A DNA stretch of 63,991 nucleotides, the filler included, from Choristocarpus tenellus KU-1152 (lineage: Eukaryota; Protista; Phaeophyceae): the NCBI GenBank assembly GCA_964200185.2. It is 12 parts of 12 records of this genome, joined end to end, with 100 filler letters (N's around TTAATTAATTAA, not from the genome) between each part and the next. Parts side by side here need not be neighbours in the genome. Positions count along the whole stretch, not along the records: positions 45,539 to 48,321 come from CAXNAD020024799.1; positions 48,422 to 54,052 come from CAXNAD020010189.1; positions 54,153 to 61,366 come from CAXNAD020006522.1; positions 61,467 to 63,991 come from CAXNAD020027066.1; 8 more parts are not named here. One strand, written 5' to 3'. This document shows, piece by piece, positions 48,128-61,545 of the stretch. The position numbers and the translations under genes were made by a program. How positions within the stretch are numbered: position 1 is the first letter of the stretch; each line of letters begins with the position of its first letter. The notes under the pieces were generated by a model, which saw nothing but the letters and a program-made list of their open reading frames with translations, was not told the origin of the DNA and did no database searches.

Positions 48128-50849
48128 TGTATATCCAATGCGATCTCGGAGCATACCAATGAGACACTTCTAGTCATCGGTGTCAATTGAACCAACGAGA
48201 GACAGCGTTGCCGAAGGAGGGATATTCTTCAATCGGATTGGTGTACCACCCAACAATAAATCCAATCCTCGTATGGCCTGGTGGTCGCTGAGGGGAGGAG
48301 ATGAAGTTCATGCAGGGGGGGNNNNNNNNNNNNNNNNNNNNNNNNNNNNNNNNNNNNNNNNNNNNTTAATTAATTAANNNNNNNNNNNNNNNNNNNNNNN
48401 NNNNNNNNNNNNNNNNNNNNNATGTTATGTATAGGTGTGATTGTGCTGCAAAGCACCGATGTATTTATTCTGTTGCAGCTGAGGTGATTGATCTCTCAGT
48501 CAAGAATGATGAGATGTGAATTCAGTATTCTTGGTTGCTCAACCCAGAATGATGTGATGTAAATTCAGTGTTCTTTCATGTGATACTCAACGAAAGAAGG
48601 TCCATGCTCTGTGGAGAGGTTTGTTACCTTGGCTGGCAAGGGTTTCCACGGATGGTTTTAACTCTGATTATATTACATCCATATGTGTGGTTGATACACG
48701 TTTGCAGAGTGGCATTGGTGCAATTTGAGGCATCAATGGCAGTCACGAAAGAAATAATAAAGAACCATAAATGTACACCTGTCATTTTCTGCTGGTAAGA
48801 AGAAAGAGTGAAAAGAAAAACAAACAACAGAACAACAGAACAACAGAACAAAAATAGAAACAATATCTGATGCAACTCAAGTGACGTACACTATACTATA
48901 CTATTTGTGTGTAATGCAGAGCGATTGTTCTGTGCTAAGGTGTTCGTTCTGATTTTAGTTGGTGTGGTGATGACGAACTAGTGAAAGTAGCACCCAGAAT
49001 GTAGCAGACCAATCAACAGTCAGTGTTGACTGGTGGAACTGTATCGTATCAAGGAACAAACAGATTAGTAGCCTATGTTTTAACACATATCCTTTGCGCC
49101 AAACTGTCACATCCTTATATGCCGGCAAGTTTGATATACATCCAAAACTAGGCGTGCGTCTGTCAACAGGTTGTTTCCCTAATGGTTTCACAATTTTTAC
49201 ATAATGGGTTTCGCCGTAGTGTCATCGGTCAAGGAATCGGTAACATTATGCCCAACCCTAAGTAATAAATGATTTAATGGCACTAAATGGTGACTCCCTA
49301 TTTCCCATACTTCCCAAGCCCACAGACATGTGCATACAACCAGGCACATGTGAGGCATTGTCGATGCTACCCTTGCCATCAAATCGACCTACATCCGTGA
49401 CATAACCACCCCTCACCCACATGGATAGTCAGGCGTCAACCCAACCCACTAACCACAACACTACCCTCATGTGGACATACTCCCAAGTAATCAGAATACA
49501 GCCCCTCAACAAACCTTTTCCTAACCCTTTCCCCACTTCCAGCACATCACTCACTAACCCCAACAAAAAACTCTGAATACCAGACTACCGACCAACGCCT
49601 ATGTGAAGAACGTTTTGATGCCATACCCAACCATATTTACATCGATTACACAATTTGGTCGCTCGATTTTAAAAGTCCAATCAAGGAATTACAACAATAT
49701 TCATTACCGTACACCAAAAAATAAAACTACTTGTTTAATTCGAAATAATCCACTAATTCGAAACCCTATTAGCGATGCTTCTTCACTATGGGTGTAGTCA
49801 TTTGTTCACCTCACAAAGCACAAACCACCAGTTAACCCTAACGAATGACAATTTTTTTCAATACTTCATGAACAAAAGCACGCGAAAATGGGCACTTCAC
49901 CATATACCTAACCAATCCCCAACCATTCTTTTCATTAATTCAAGTCCAAATTAAAAAATCCTCAAAGCAGCGACAGCCTATTTTGCTGGACTTAACCTGA
50001 GTCATCCATATAACTAAGTATAATCCACACACATATCTACGAAAAACACCTTCAATCCCCCGCATATAAAAGCAAGTTACCCAAACATCGCGATATGGTA
50101 AAATAGACCCCAAATGGACACCTGCCCTCGCCCTCTAGATACTTTGACCCAAACATTTCTGGGTAGGTAAATTGTCATTAAAAAACCGTGGGAAGTCAAG
50201 CCTCAAACGGACAAACAGGGCAAAACTCGTACCCTCTAATATATACTTTCACTCTGCTGGTAGGAGGTTTTGTCCCCGATTATATCTTCGTGGAGGCGTA
50301 ATCCACACTCGACGGAAACAACATCAGTATTTCTAACAGTTTCAATATGAACATATATGGTGTGTGATGTAGTACAGTGTACCTACGTCGATGATGAACG
50401 TCTGTGTAAGGAGGGGTGGATATATAGCGATAGCGTTCGAGACAAATGTGGATAATTTTGGATTGATGCACATGTACATTTATCTTTTGGAATTAATTAT
50501 ACCCATCATATTGAGGCGAAACAATGTGTATGAAAAAGATCGTTGCCGGTCGTGAAAGAGCTGTGCAGTAAAGTATGGTATGGGATCAGAGCTCAATAGG
50601 AAGGTGTGACTCTTGTACGTGTCTGTATGGGTGGTTGCATCTCGACTGATATAGGGAAGGAGAGGGGAGGGCAGCACATGTGCTTGCCGGCTTCAACAGA
50701 ACATGAAGGAAGCACTCACAAAATAAATCCAATAGTGGGAGGAAAATTGTGTCCTCGTGCGTGGCTGGCCATGTTCAATTCTAGGGCATCTAGGTGTTTG
50801 TGGGGCTGAAGTGGTGGGCGAATTCCAACAGTTCTTGTAATAAACATGG

Positions 50850-52300
50850 TATTAAGGAGTGTGGTGAGCAAGAATCCGACCTAGAGTTTGGCGGAGTGTG
50901 AGTATGTGCGTGCGTGCGTGTGTGTGCGCGCGCGAATGGGTGTTCCTCGTAAGGCATTTATTCAATGGTACTTCTGTGTGTATCTTGTTTAGGTGGGACT
51001 GAAATGTCCACCTGTGTAAAGGGATAACAACAACCGAAATCTACGGTGATGGGTGGATTTGAGGTTGTGTGTAGTGCGGGATGATATTCAGATGTTGAGG
51101 AGAGGGTGGATCGTTGTTTTGATTCCAAGACTAGGATGTAGGGCCTTACGACGACGGCCTAGGGATGTGGGAGGAAGTCCTTGAGGAATGCAATGTTGTC
51201 TGAGTCCATTATGGGTGTTTACAAGTGGGTTAGTGTTAGACAAGAGCGAGAAAGCACGAAGGATAGGGGTGTGGGACGTGGTCACTTATTGTGTGGTGAG
51301 TACATGCATACACACGCTGACACAGATCATGTCCAGTGTCTACGTTCATGAGAAATCTCAAAGGTGCACCAATTTTATACGGCAGATCGGAGAGTTGAAT
51401 ATTTCAGATATCATGTGTGTGTCAGGATACAGGGTTGATGCGATTTGGGGTTGGCCGAGGTAAACTGCACAGGTCGTCGAATGTCGACAGAGGGGAACTC
51501 TATGATGAGACGTGCATTGGTCAATAAGCAGTGTAGAAAGGTGTTTAAAATGGTCATGCTTTCGACAATGTTCCTGCAGAGTAACTTACGACTGGTTTGA
51601 GAGCTGGGCGCATTGAAAGAACAGGACCAAAAAGGTTTTACATCATAAAGGGATGCTATATGGGGAGGAGTCGGTGTAGAGAGTTTGAGCTAGGACAAGC
51701 GCTATGATAAAGGTTAGGTGGAGGGCCGTGGCTGCCGGGTTATACACTGCTCGGGTACATGATGGCACGCACGTGTTCGTACAAGCTATGCAAGGGGGAT
51801 TGATCACGCAATTTTCGTCGTGGGTGGTGTCCCCCCAGAGTGGTTACTGGATTCATTTTGTATGCATGCTCAAGAACAATCTGGACCGACATGTACATTT
51901 CTTCTGTGAAACTCACCTCCTGCTTCTCTATAAAGGCATTGTGGCAATCAGTGGTTAGCCAACGCCTCTCCTTGAATGGCGTGATGACTGGGTGGGGTGG
52001 GCACTTTGCAACCTGGACAGGGGAAACCGATAGAAGGAGAGAGAACACACGTTTTGTATTTCGGGTTAGGTCCAGAGGGCAGGGATACAGTGGTAGGCGG
52101 GTTCAGTCGTTCTTGAAGGGTACGCACCTGGTGTCCCTTCACGAAGGAAGTCCAGCGGAGTTGATTTCTTCTCCTACAGTTCTGATAGCACATTGTATAG
52201 GGTATACAATGAAACAAGAATCCTCACAAATTCATCCATCTCATATGAATAAGAGACCACGATGTTGCACAGTGGTTCCTGAATCGAATGCATCGTATAT
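50850..52300 (-). mobile_element. Highly decayed non-LTR retrotransposon, probably RLE-endonuclease type
   Basis: Minus-strand remnants VRPYILVLE...PITVDFGCCYP (RPD..D-like), SAC..MYSPHN (knuckle/RHN-like) and LYTDSS. No splice structure, many stops. Confidence 0.35.
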
Positions 52301-52902
52301 GTAAGCAAAATGTGTTACAGGCGCCCCTTAGAGCTCACCTCCACAGGATGTATAGCTCCAATCTACGGCCTTATAGATGATACTGATGTACGTATAGGAC
52401 TCCTGATGGACAAGACGTCAAGTATGCTGGACCTCTCACTTGGATTATCGTCAAAATATCATCGTAGAAGAAAGGAACTGGTCTACGATGTCTTACCACA
52501 ATCGGGGACCATAATACCAAATAATAAATAAATGGTCAAGAAGTACAAATATATCAAATCTAGAACTTTATTGTCATAATGGTGTTTATGAAACCGCCGT
52601 CAAGACATATCGCCTGTGACATGCCCCCCTAGCATGAAGCATAAATGCTTCAATGCGATAAACAGGCGATTGAACAAGGAAATATAATGTCAACCATCTT
52701 ATCATGAACGCAGCAGAAATGAAATGAATGTCACTTCCAGGTCCTAACATATCAATAGGCAGCGTTGGGGATCCAGCGGAGGAGGAAACCTGAAGGAAAA
52801 CCCCCCTTCCAACGTTTGCCCTCACAGAAGATTATGTTAGCGCGAAACTTGCACCTCACGGCACTCACTCTGCATTTGACTCAGCGTTCAAAAGAAAAAA
52901 TC

Positions 52903-54052
52903 CTACACCAGAGTCTCATGCACACGTCAAAAGTAGAGTACTGTCTAAAAAGACTCCACCCCTTCCAAGATAAACAAACATAAATGCTGGCACAAAACCA
53001 TAGTAGCACTGAACTTAGGTATTGCCATGCTAGAAAAGCTTCTACACCAGAGTCTCATATACACGTCAAAAGTAGGGTACTGTCTAAAAAGACTCCACCC
53101 CTTTCCAAGATAAACAAACACAAATACAGACACAAAATCATAGTAAAACTCCTACACAGAGTCTCATATATACGTCAAAAGTAGGGTACTGTCTAAAAAG
53201 ACTCCACAAGATAAACAAACACAAATACAGACACAAAATCATAGTAAAACTCCTGCACAGTCTCATATACACGTAAAAAGCAGGGTTCTGTCTAAAAAGA
53301 CTCCACCTCTTCCAAGATAAACAAACACAAATACAGACACAAAATCATAGTAAAACTCCTACACCAGAGTCTCATACACACGTCAAAAGTAGGGTACTGT
53401 CTAAAAAGACTCCACCCCTTCCAAGATAAACAAACACAAATACAGACACAAAACCATGGTAGCACTGAACTTGGGTATTGCCATGGACTCTCCCCTTTCA
53501 GAACTAAAACACAGAAACGACAAGACACTAAGACCATGACTCACAATCACAAAAGAGATTGGGTGCTGTCATGGAAAGGCTTACCCTTGCTAGGAACTAT
53601 GAATATATACCAAAAAATTCAAACATCTTACAATAAAAAATAACAATAGAGAGCATTTCAGCAAGTCTCTCCCTCTTCACAACTATCAGCAAAAATGAAT
53701 ACAGGCACAACTAGCACTGAAATAGGGTACTGCTTAGACTGTCCCCCTTCACAGCTATAAACACAAATTATTGGACCCCAAGATGTCAAAACAAGGTCCT
53801 GCCATATAAAGGCTTGCTCAACCCATAAACAAAGAACATACAAACAAAAAACTCAGAAAAATAGGGAGTGTCATAGTAAGATTCTCCCCCCTCACAAATA
53901 TCAACACAAATGAATATAGATGCAAAATTACAATAGCACTGAAATAGGATGTTGTCATAGACTCTCCCCCTTCAGAACTAAACACAAACAACTATAGGAC
54001 ACCAACACAATTGCCTCACAGTCGCATAGAGGTAGGGTGCTGCCATGGAAAG
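52903..54052 (+). repeat. Tandem satellite: five 101-139 bp units (starts 52903, 53042, 53152, 53253, 53359) grading into diverged shorter units
   Basis: Repeated gagtctcatatacacgtcaaaagtagggtactgtctaaaaagactccacccttccaagataaacaaacacaaatacagacacaaaa. Confidence 0.9.
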
Positions 54053-54157
54053 NNNNNNNNNNNNNNNNNNNNNNNNNNNNNNNNNNNNNNNNNNNNTTAA
54101 TTAATTAANNNNNNNNNNNNNNNNNNNNNNNNNNNNNNNNNNNNNNNNNNNNGGTGT

Positions 54158-54370
54158 CTGGAAATCAGGGGCGAAGGGGGTTCACACTGGTTGGTCATCA
54201 AATGTGGGGGGGATGACTGGAAACCAGTGACGAAGGGCAATCGCACTGGTTGGCCATCAGAGGTGGGGGGTGACTGGAAATCAGGGGCGAATAGGTCGCA
54301 CTGGTTGGTCACCTCATGGGGGAGTAAACAGGAAACCAGTGGCAAAGGGGTCGCAATGGGCTGGTCAGAA
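54158..54370 (+). repeat. Imperfect ~57-bp tandem repeat (about 4 units)
   Basis: Recurring ctggaaa(t/c)cag...cactggttgg(t/c)ca...gggg. Confidence 0.75.
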
Positions 54371-55896
54371 GAAGGAGTACATGGGAAAGGACAGGAATGG
54401 AGAATAGGGGAATGGCAAACAAGGAATAAGCTAAGAATAATAATCCAGAATTCGTGAGAAAAACAAACTGTAGCCGTATCGCCAAACCGACCTTCAATCG
54501 AAACTACAACCGAACATGTAAACGTATTGTAAATATTATGATGTATTTTTTTTTATTATATTAATGACATTTTGGAGATGTGTCACAGGAAAACCAATAA
54601 AACGATTCTATAATGTATTGTAGATATGTTTTTGCAATATTGTACCGTACCCCTCCATACAAACCCCCTCCTCAACGTCTCTTATCTTGGCAAAAACATG
54701 TAGTGATAAGCAACCGTAAATCAAAGTGTATCAGTGTAGATCTATAAGAAAACAGATACGAGCTAAAATAAACTACAAAAAAAAGCCCCCCTCACCCCCC
54801 CTCTTGATCAACAGGGTGGGTAGGAGAAAAATTAACTCAATGGTGACTTGCAATGTACCCTCTCCTTAGATGTACACCAGGCTGCCCCCCTCTCATAGTA
54901 TCTTGTGCATGCTATGATTAGGTCATTCCATGTCTTCCTGCTCCAAAATCGCTACCAAACTCCCTTTCTAACGTGAAATCACTGTTTTCCCTACCATTGC
55001 ATTTTTTTTTGTTCTTCGACACCTTCCCCTTTTACCAGACTGGCCCAGTCAAGATGGATTGGACTGGCCATCAAATCAGGATACGTCCCAAGTAGTCCCA
55101 ACTACACACACACGTTCTCCGGTATACTATGCCTTCAATCAACCACTAACTTTCTGATGCTACAAGTACACTCTATATATAAAGTTCTCGCACTCTATAT
55201 GTTTTTACATTGACATAGGTCTGCCGATGCATGGGGTGAGAGGATAGGTCTCCCAACATGTATTACCGTTGTGAGAAGCATTGGGGATTCAAAATATAGG
55301 GAGAGAGAAAAGGACGTACCCAGAAACGAGGATGGGGAACAATGTACCATTGGTATCGTGGTTCTGTCTGTAAGTAGGTGTGGTGGTGCATGAGACGAGA
55401 AAGAGGGGGATTAGTTGGCGTTGTTGGAGTACTTGATCAAGGTGGTTTGGAGGAAGATTCTTTAGAACCCGAGCACATATGATTGTATAGGGGGCATCTT
55501 GGTGGAGGAGGGAAACGTCCAAACTAACCTTGAACAATTCCTGTCTGTGTGTGGTATGGGAGGAGGAGAGTCCAGGGGGCTTGAAAGGGAGAAAATTTAT
55601 TTGGGCATCTTGTGACTGCATGGACATACGAAATAGGATCGATTCACTATTGCTGAGAACTAAGTCTAGAGGAGGTCGGACTCAGAGGGAATGGTACCAT
55701 ATATGGAATGGGAATGACTTCCTATAGCCAATATATGACAGAGTAGAAATGGTGAAAGAGCTGTGTGTGGTTTTATGCTCTACCTTTGTTACTATAAGGG
55801 GGAAAAAAATATAAAGGAAAGGTTTGAGGTGTTCAATATTCCAAGCTTTTTATCTTTTTATGTGTACAAATATATATTCATACAGACAGAGAAAGA

Positions 55897-56164
55897 GAGC
55901 CAAAGTATCTAAGAGGGTAGGCCCGTGTCTGTTCGGGGTCATAAATCCAATGTTGCGATTATTGATGGATTTTGGCTATTGTGTTAGCAAGTGTCAACAT
56001 CCTTGCTCCGGACACACACCTTTCATAGTCGTATAGATTTTACCTACTCCAAAATGTTTCTGTGTTCACACAGAAAACCGAAAAAGGGAATCAAAACCCG
56101 TGGGAAGCCAAGCCCCGAACGGACAAACAGGGCAAAACTCCTACCCTCTTAAATGCTTTGGGTC
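55897..56164. mobile_element. GAGTCAAAGT-family MITE copy
   Basis: gagccaaagtatctaagagggtag ... ctaccctcttaaatgctttgggtc, with flanks aaga/agga. Confidence 0.8.
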
Positions 56165-58299
56165 AGGATTGGTATCATCATAACATTTTTCAAGTATATA
56201 TATATATATATATATCAACTGTGTTGGCCAAAGTCACAGGGAACCATCCAGAAATTGATAGAGGGATAGCTTGGTTGAACTGATGAAGTTGAGTGTGCCT
56301 TTCATCTCAGGGAGGATATGCGAAGGGAAACCAATGGGAATGCACAGCAAGTATTCAAATACAGCAGGACTTCCCGCTAGTCCAAGGAAATGCAAACGGA
56401 TCAGGCCACAGGCCAGATTGTTTACAATATTTCGTGAAATTATGTCTAGACCAGGGCTGTCAGACTCGGTACCTTTCCTTTTAGTGCTCCTGAAGCATTT
56501 TGGCCTGCTATCCAGGTCAAGGAAGGTAAGACACGGGAGATATCAACAGGATTATCGGTCAACAGGATTGTCGCACAGGTCGGTGAAATTGTGTAGACAG
56601 CTTGTCGTTCTGCAAACGAAGCAAAAAAAAATCTTTGCGACTTGAACTACAGGCTTGAGATTGAGTTGTGGATCAAGCAGAAGAAGACGGTGTTGCATGG
56701 GATATCCAGGAGAGAAAAGGAAGAGCATCTCAACGACAAGTTCATCTGCGGAAAAGATATAACTGTATCAACACAAACGAAGGGCAGACTACACTCCCAT
56801 CAGCAACGTTCCCACGCGTAGAAGGTCCGAATAAGAGAAGTCCTTGCCTCCACCCGCGCGCCAAACCACGAACGACATCCTCACGTTGTCCATTTCGAAA
56901 TGCAGGAAGTAGGTTGGTACTAAATTGTTGTCGCTAGGAGTTACGGAAAGATGCTTATCTGAGAGCAAAAAATGAATGTGAAGAGATCGTCATACAGTGA
57001 CAAGATTGGTAACAGACATTGGTGGTCTGCCTAGTTCCTACCTTCCAGTGGAGGCCAAACCAAGACGAATACCCCTAAACGATGTATCTGGGTACCACTT
57101 TTGAAAATTGTAAATTTAAGACATCCTTGACTTGGTACAGTAACGATAGAAGGCATCTTTGATCTCCTATTTTATCGTATCAGCATATCCACTCAGCCCC
57201 TGAGGCACATGCGTACCTGAAGATGAAGAATTATTTTTGAAGGCTTATTGTAAACACATGAAAAAGCAACCGAACACAAAAAAGCAGGTTCACTTAAAAA
57301 AACATGTTCTGACATATATGATATGTTGAACCCCCAACCCCCAAGAAAAAGTGGAATTACCTGTAGTGTAATAGTAGCTTGTATTATAGAAATAATAGTG
57401 AAGTGCACTACCATGTGACGACATGTCAAAGGTTACATATGGTGAAGATTGTAGAGAAGTTTTCTAGACTAAATAGTAACCCAAAAAATAATATGATGGT
57501 AATAAAAATTTGTAATATTAATTCTTGAATTGTGAATTATGTATGTTACTACACAAAAAGTAGATCACCGTTACCTATACCACCGGTAATAATTCGAAGG
57601 TGGTGCAAGATTCTTTTCCACTTAGAAGTTAGAAGTTCTATATATCATACTTGCGACTTCAAACCTCCCGCCTATTCCATCACCACTAGTCTATTTCTAT
57701 ATACTCGTTAAGTTCATTGGAGTGGAGATAGGGGTTCCAAGTTTGTTTCCAATTTTCTTTGATCAAAAGATCACCCACAATATTATAACTCCGAAAAATA
57801 ATGATCACCAACCGCCAACACCATCTCAAGGAAATGGAAATCGGTTGGTTCTCACGTTTGTCAGAATCTATTTTCATCATACAAATCGAACAATATCAAC
57901 AACTTGGAGCCAGCTCGATCTGGTTACCTAATCAACCACTTCCATTTCTGTGACGATCAAGTCGTTATTATTGTACTCCTCAACTCCAAAGTTGCATACT
58001 TCTTGTTCTGAACCAGGAACTGGTTCCAAGTTCTAAGGGGCTTGCTTCCTGCTTCCTGCATTGATTTGTGATCCGATCAAATCACAAGTTAACTTTAAAC
58101 GGGGGAGAGTAGGTCTACAGATCTTGTCTCTTCTTCAACACAGCACGTCGGAAACATCATCTCCAATCAAATTTCTCTTTACAAGAGGACGCATCCCACT
58201 TGTAGACTTTTTTGTGACAAGCCCAAGTACCATTTCGTAGAAGGACTTCTACAGGATGATCAACCTGTCTTCTTATTGAATAGTGACAAATTTTCTCCT

Positions 58300-60340
58300 A
58301 TGTCACCAGAAGAGGAAGGAAGTTTGTGTCCTAGTGACGAAGACAACCATCGTCAAGACGAGCAAACTGAGGAAAGCAGAACGCAACAGCACATAGATTC
58401 GACCTGTTTCCCCCCAACTAATGAGGGAGGGAGCTGCACGCCCAAATCGAAGGTGTGTTTGGCACCATCCAGCTTACCCTTTCCTTAAACCCTTACCATG
58501 ACTGAACCGCACAACTGTTCACAATCGCAGATGAAATGAAATGTGAAAATTATGGCAATAGGGTCTCAAGATTGGGTCTTTGTCTAATGCTGTTGGATCT
58601 CGCCGAGAGGGGATCTAGTTAGAGAACCAATATCCTGCTCGACTCGTCTAACGGTAAAATATCCTGATTTGCTCAGACGATCGTCAATACTACCTACTGT
58701 TTATTGCACCTCCGTTCTTTAAGGGTTTAGTATTGGCTGTGCCCACGCCTTGCCCGTACTGTGTTTGATGTCTCCAGTTAATTCGTATTGAGTCGTTCTA
58801 CCCGTCTGTTATTAGGGAGCATCTGGTACACACGATTTTGACTGAATGTGAGTTTCAACTCTATTCGTTGCATAGACATAGACTCTCTTGGCCGTTCAGT
58901 TACTTAGGGGGTAGGGAGAGAGAGGGTGTGTGCCATGGCTAATGCAGTTACTTAAGGGGTAGGGAGAGAGAGAGTGTGTGTGTGCCATGCTAATGCTTAC
59001 AAATACGCCCTCATGATGCTATCTTAGGAATCGCCACAGGTCCTTGCTCCTTCCCATACGCATATCAGCGAAGTCCCCAAGCATTGGGCAGAGGATAGTA
59101 CAGCCCCAGAGGAGAGTTGTGAAGGGTCGCTGGACGTTAAGACGGGATTCAGTGGAGCGGGGAATACAAAGGCAGGCAAACGTAGGAGTGCCAAGGTGTG
59201 TAAGGGTACTAAGTCCAGCGGTGAGGGGATCGGCAAACTCAAGGTGGTCAAGGCCCGAAGCTCCTACAATTTTTACCTCTGGACAAGAATGGCGGAGGTG
59301 TGTCGGTCAGAGAGGGCGAAGAAGAGCGTGTAGAGTATTGGGGGTGGATCAAAGAGCAGAGATGGGGCACAGTTTCGCATTGTTTCGTAACAATATTATA
59401 TCAGTCCCACCGCATGTCTTTAACAACCCTTGCTACCATTTTGGAAATCGTTCCTTCCTGTCTCCTTCCATGTCCTGAGTATCAGGACTTCATCCCTCTA
59501 TGCTGGGGGTATGAGAATGAAGCTTTTGGCTGTTCCCCTTCCTGGGTTTTGCACTCACATTGCAGTTCTTTGTATGAAGTAGTATTATGGTAAGTGGGTA
59601 GATGCATGCTGACCGCACACTTTTTCATCTCCGGGCCACAGCCAAACAGACATCAGTGGGCATGAACTTGCTATTCTCGCTTGAGTGCACCTCTGTCAGG
59701 ACTGACAAACAATTGCGCACCTCTCATCCATACTCTCAATGTGTGTTTACCGCTGCGGGTACCTCCCACCCCCCCCGGGCCCTCCCATCCCCCTCCCTCC
59801 CTCGTGTGCAATGATCGGTGACCAGCTGAAAGCAGAGAATACAGTTGAGAGGCACAGGGACAGGTTTGGGATGGCAGCAGGGGAGTGGAAAACCATGAGT
59901 GTTGAAGAGCGTCAGCCATACGAGAAGATGGCAAATGAAGATAAGAACCGGTTCAGGAAGGATGTGCTCATTGCTGGTGTCACTAGTGACCCATCCTTGG
60001 CAAAGACACTTCGGGAGAGTGGTGAGATATTAGACCTTCAAATTTATATGACATCCTATTTTGGCCTCTTCCCATTCTTTTTTTTTGGGGTTGGGGGGGG
60101 GTGGTGAGGAGCTGAGAAACTGTAAGCATTTTAGCAGGGTTAATAACGCTGTGCCCCTTAAGGAGGGGAGACTCAATGCCCTTTCTCTGCAGTGGACTTC
60201 TGCAAGTGAAGCAAGTTCGAACACTCTCAAGTAGTCCTGTATCTGTCAAGGTCAACAGTGATGGCCATTCCTGTGCAGGTCTCAAGAGAGAAGAAGCAGC
60301 CAGCAGATTTGTCCTCTGGTTCCCCTATCTTCAAGTATGA
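58300..60340 (+). CDS. Single HMG-box protein (HMGB-like); exons 58300-58452, 59028-59297, 59826-60021, 60279-60340 (last exon less certain)
   Basis: Spliced HMG box KARSSYNFYLWTRMAE|LKAENTVERHRDRFGMAAGEWKTMSVEERQPYEKMANEDKNRF, preceded by an acidic then basic disordered N-terminus. GT-AG phases match. Confidence 0.82.
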
Positions 60341-61466
60341 AGCAGTGACTGGATATGTACTAGCAAGAGCACGAACATCAACCCAATATTTTTTTAAGAA
60401 TGTGGTGGTAATGGTGCTTCTGTCTACCAGATATTTATGACTCCTCTTTTTGCATTATGATGAGACAGTGAGTCAAACCCTTGCCCCATGAGGTGGTGAA
60501 GGCACACCTGCAACATACCTTGTCAGTCACAGTGCAATTGTGTCACATGTTTTTGAGTTTTAAAGTTGGAAAACTCAAGGCCTGTGAGTCGTGCAGGGTG
60601 TGACAGACTTCTGGATTTCCTCGCCCATTCTTATACTGCCTTGATACTGTTAGTATGGAAGGATACATGAGATGTAGCGGTTGTTGGAAATGCGTATCTA
60701 TTGCACAGGGAAGTTGAAGTTTGTTGGCAATACAAGAGGATATGTTTTTTGGGTTACATGGGTTGGATGTGATTGATCATAATTGCGAGAATCTTGAAAA
60801 TAGTTACATGTTTTGCACATGGGGTAAAATATGTGAACCTGCCCTTTGATATATACAGTTTTTATCTTGCGAAAATGCCTTGGTGTGGACAATGGGTGTT
60901 GTTTCTGTGTCAACCATTTTTTTTGGTCTGTCTTTACAAGGGGTTTTGAATCAGGATGAGAGATAACACCCCTGGACCATAATTTTTGGTAGGCCTTCTC
61001 ACATATTGTTTTTTCCAGCTTGATTGCACTCTATTTTGCACTGTTTATACAACACAAACAATACATCGGTCAGTCAATGGTCCAACCACGTATGATCCTA
61101 ACCGGCAAACCTTGTCTGTTTGTAACTCAAATCGATTTTGAAATGGACGTCATGGAATGTGAAGGGGAGGGGGTGGGGTGAAAAGAGGAAGGAAAAGATT
61201 TCGTAACAAAATGCAAAATGTAATGCTAGATTGATTCTATAAAGGAAGCCAAGCCACAAGAAAAGAAGAATTGAACAGATTAATAAAACCCCATTCAGGA
61301 TTGCAACTTTAGAGGGTTTTTTTTATCTTTCAAATGTAGAGTGGTGGCTTCAGTCACCTCCCCCCCNNNNNNNNNNNNNNNNNNNNNNNNNNNNNNNNNN
61401 NNNNNNNNNNTTAATTAATTAANNNNNNNNNNNNNNNNNNNNNNNNNNNNNNNNNNNNNNNNNNNN

Positions 61467-61545
61467 CAGGAAGCATTCTGCTTGCTTGCCGAGGCGCCCA
61501 AAACTTTCCACCGCAAAGGTGTTGAGGTTATAACTACGCATATCA
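61467..61545 (-). mobile_element. C-terminal fragment of an RLE-type non-LTR retrotransposon
   Basis: Minus strand reads RSYNLNTFAVESFGRLGKQAECFL, the 'AVESFGRLG' motif at the end of CRE/NeSL-like RLE domains. Confidence 0.55.

Noticed and set aside
52903-53480. CRISPR-like appearance of repeated blocks
   Set aside because: Units are contiguous tandem copies without unique spacers, there are no cas genes, and the context is eukaryotic.
55289-55720. Minus-strand ORF resembling a LINE remnant
   Set aside because: No diagnostic motif; too decayed to call.
56271-56937. Possible small plus-strand gene with donor aag|gtaaga and acceptor ctacag
   Set aside because: No phase-consistent model with a recognisable product could be built.
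7833-61466. Regularly recurring TTAATTAATTAA motif and ORFs ending in XXXX-LIN
   Set aside because: Artificial linker between concatenated contigs; it also rules out gene-cluster arguments across contigs.
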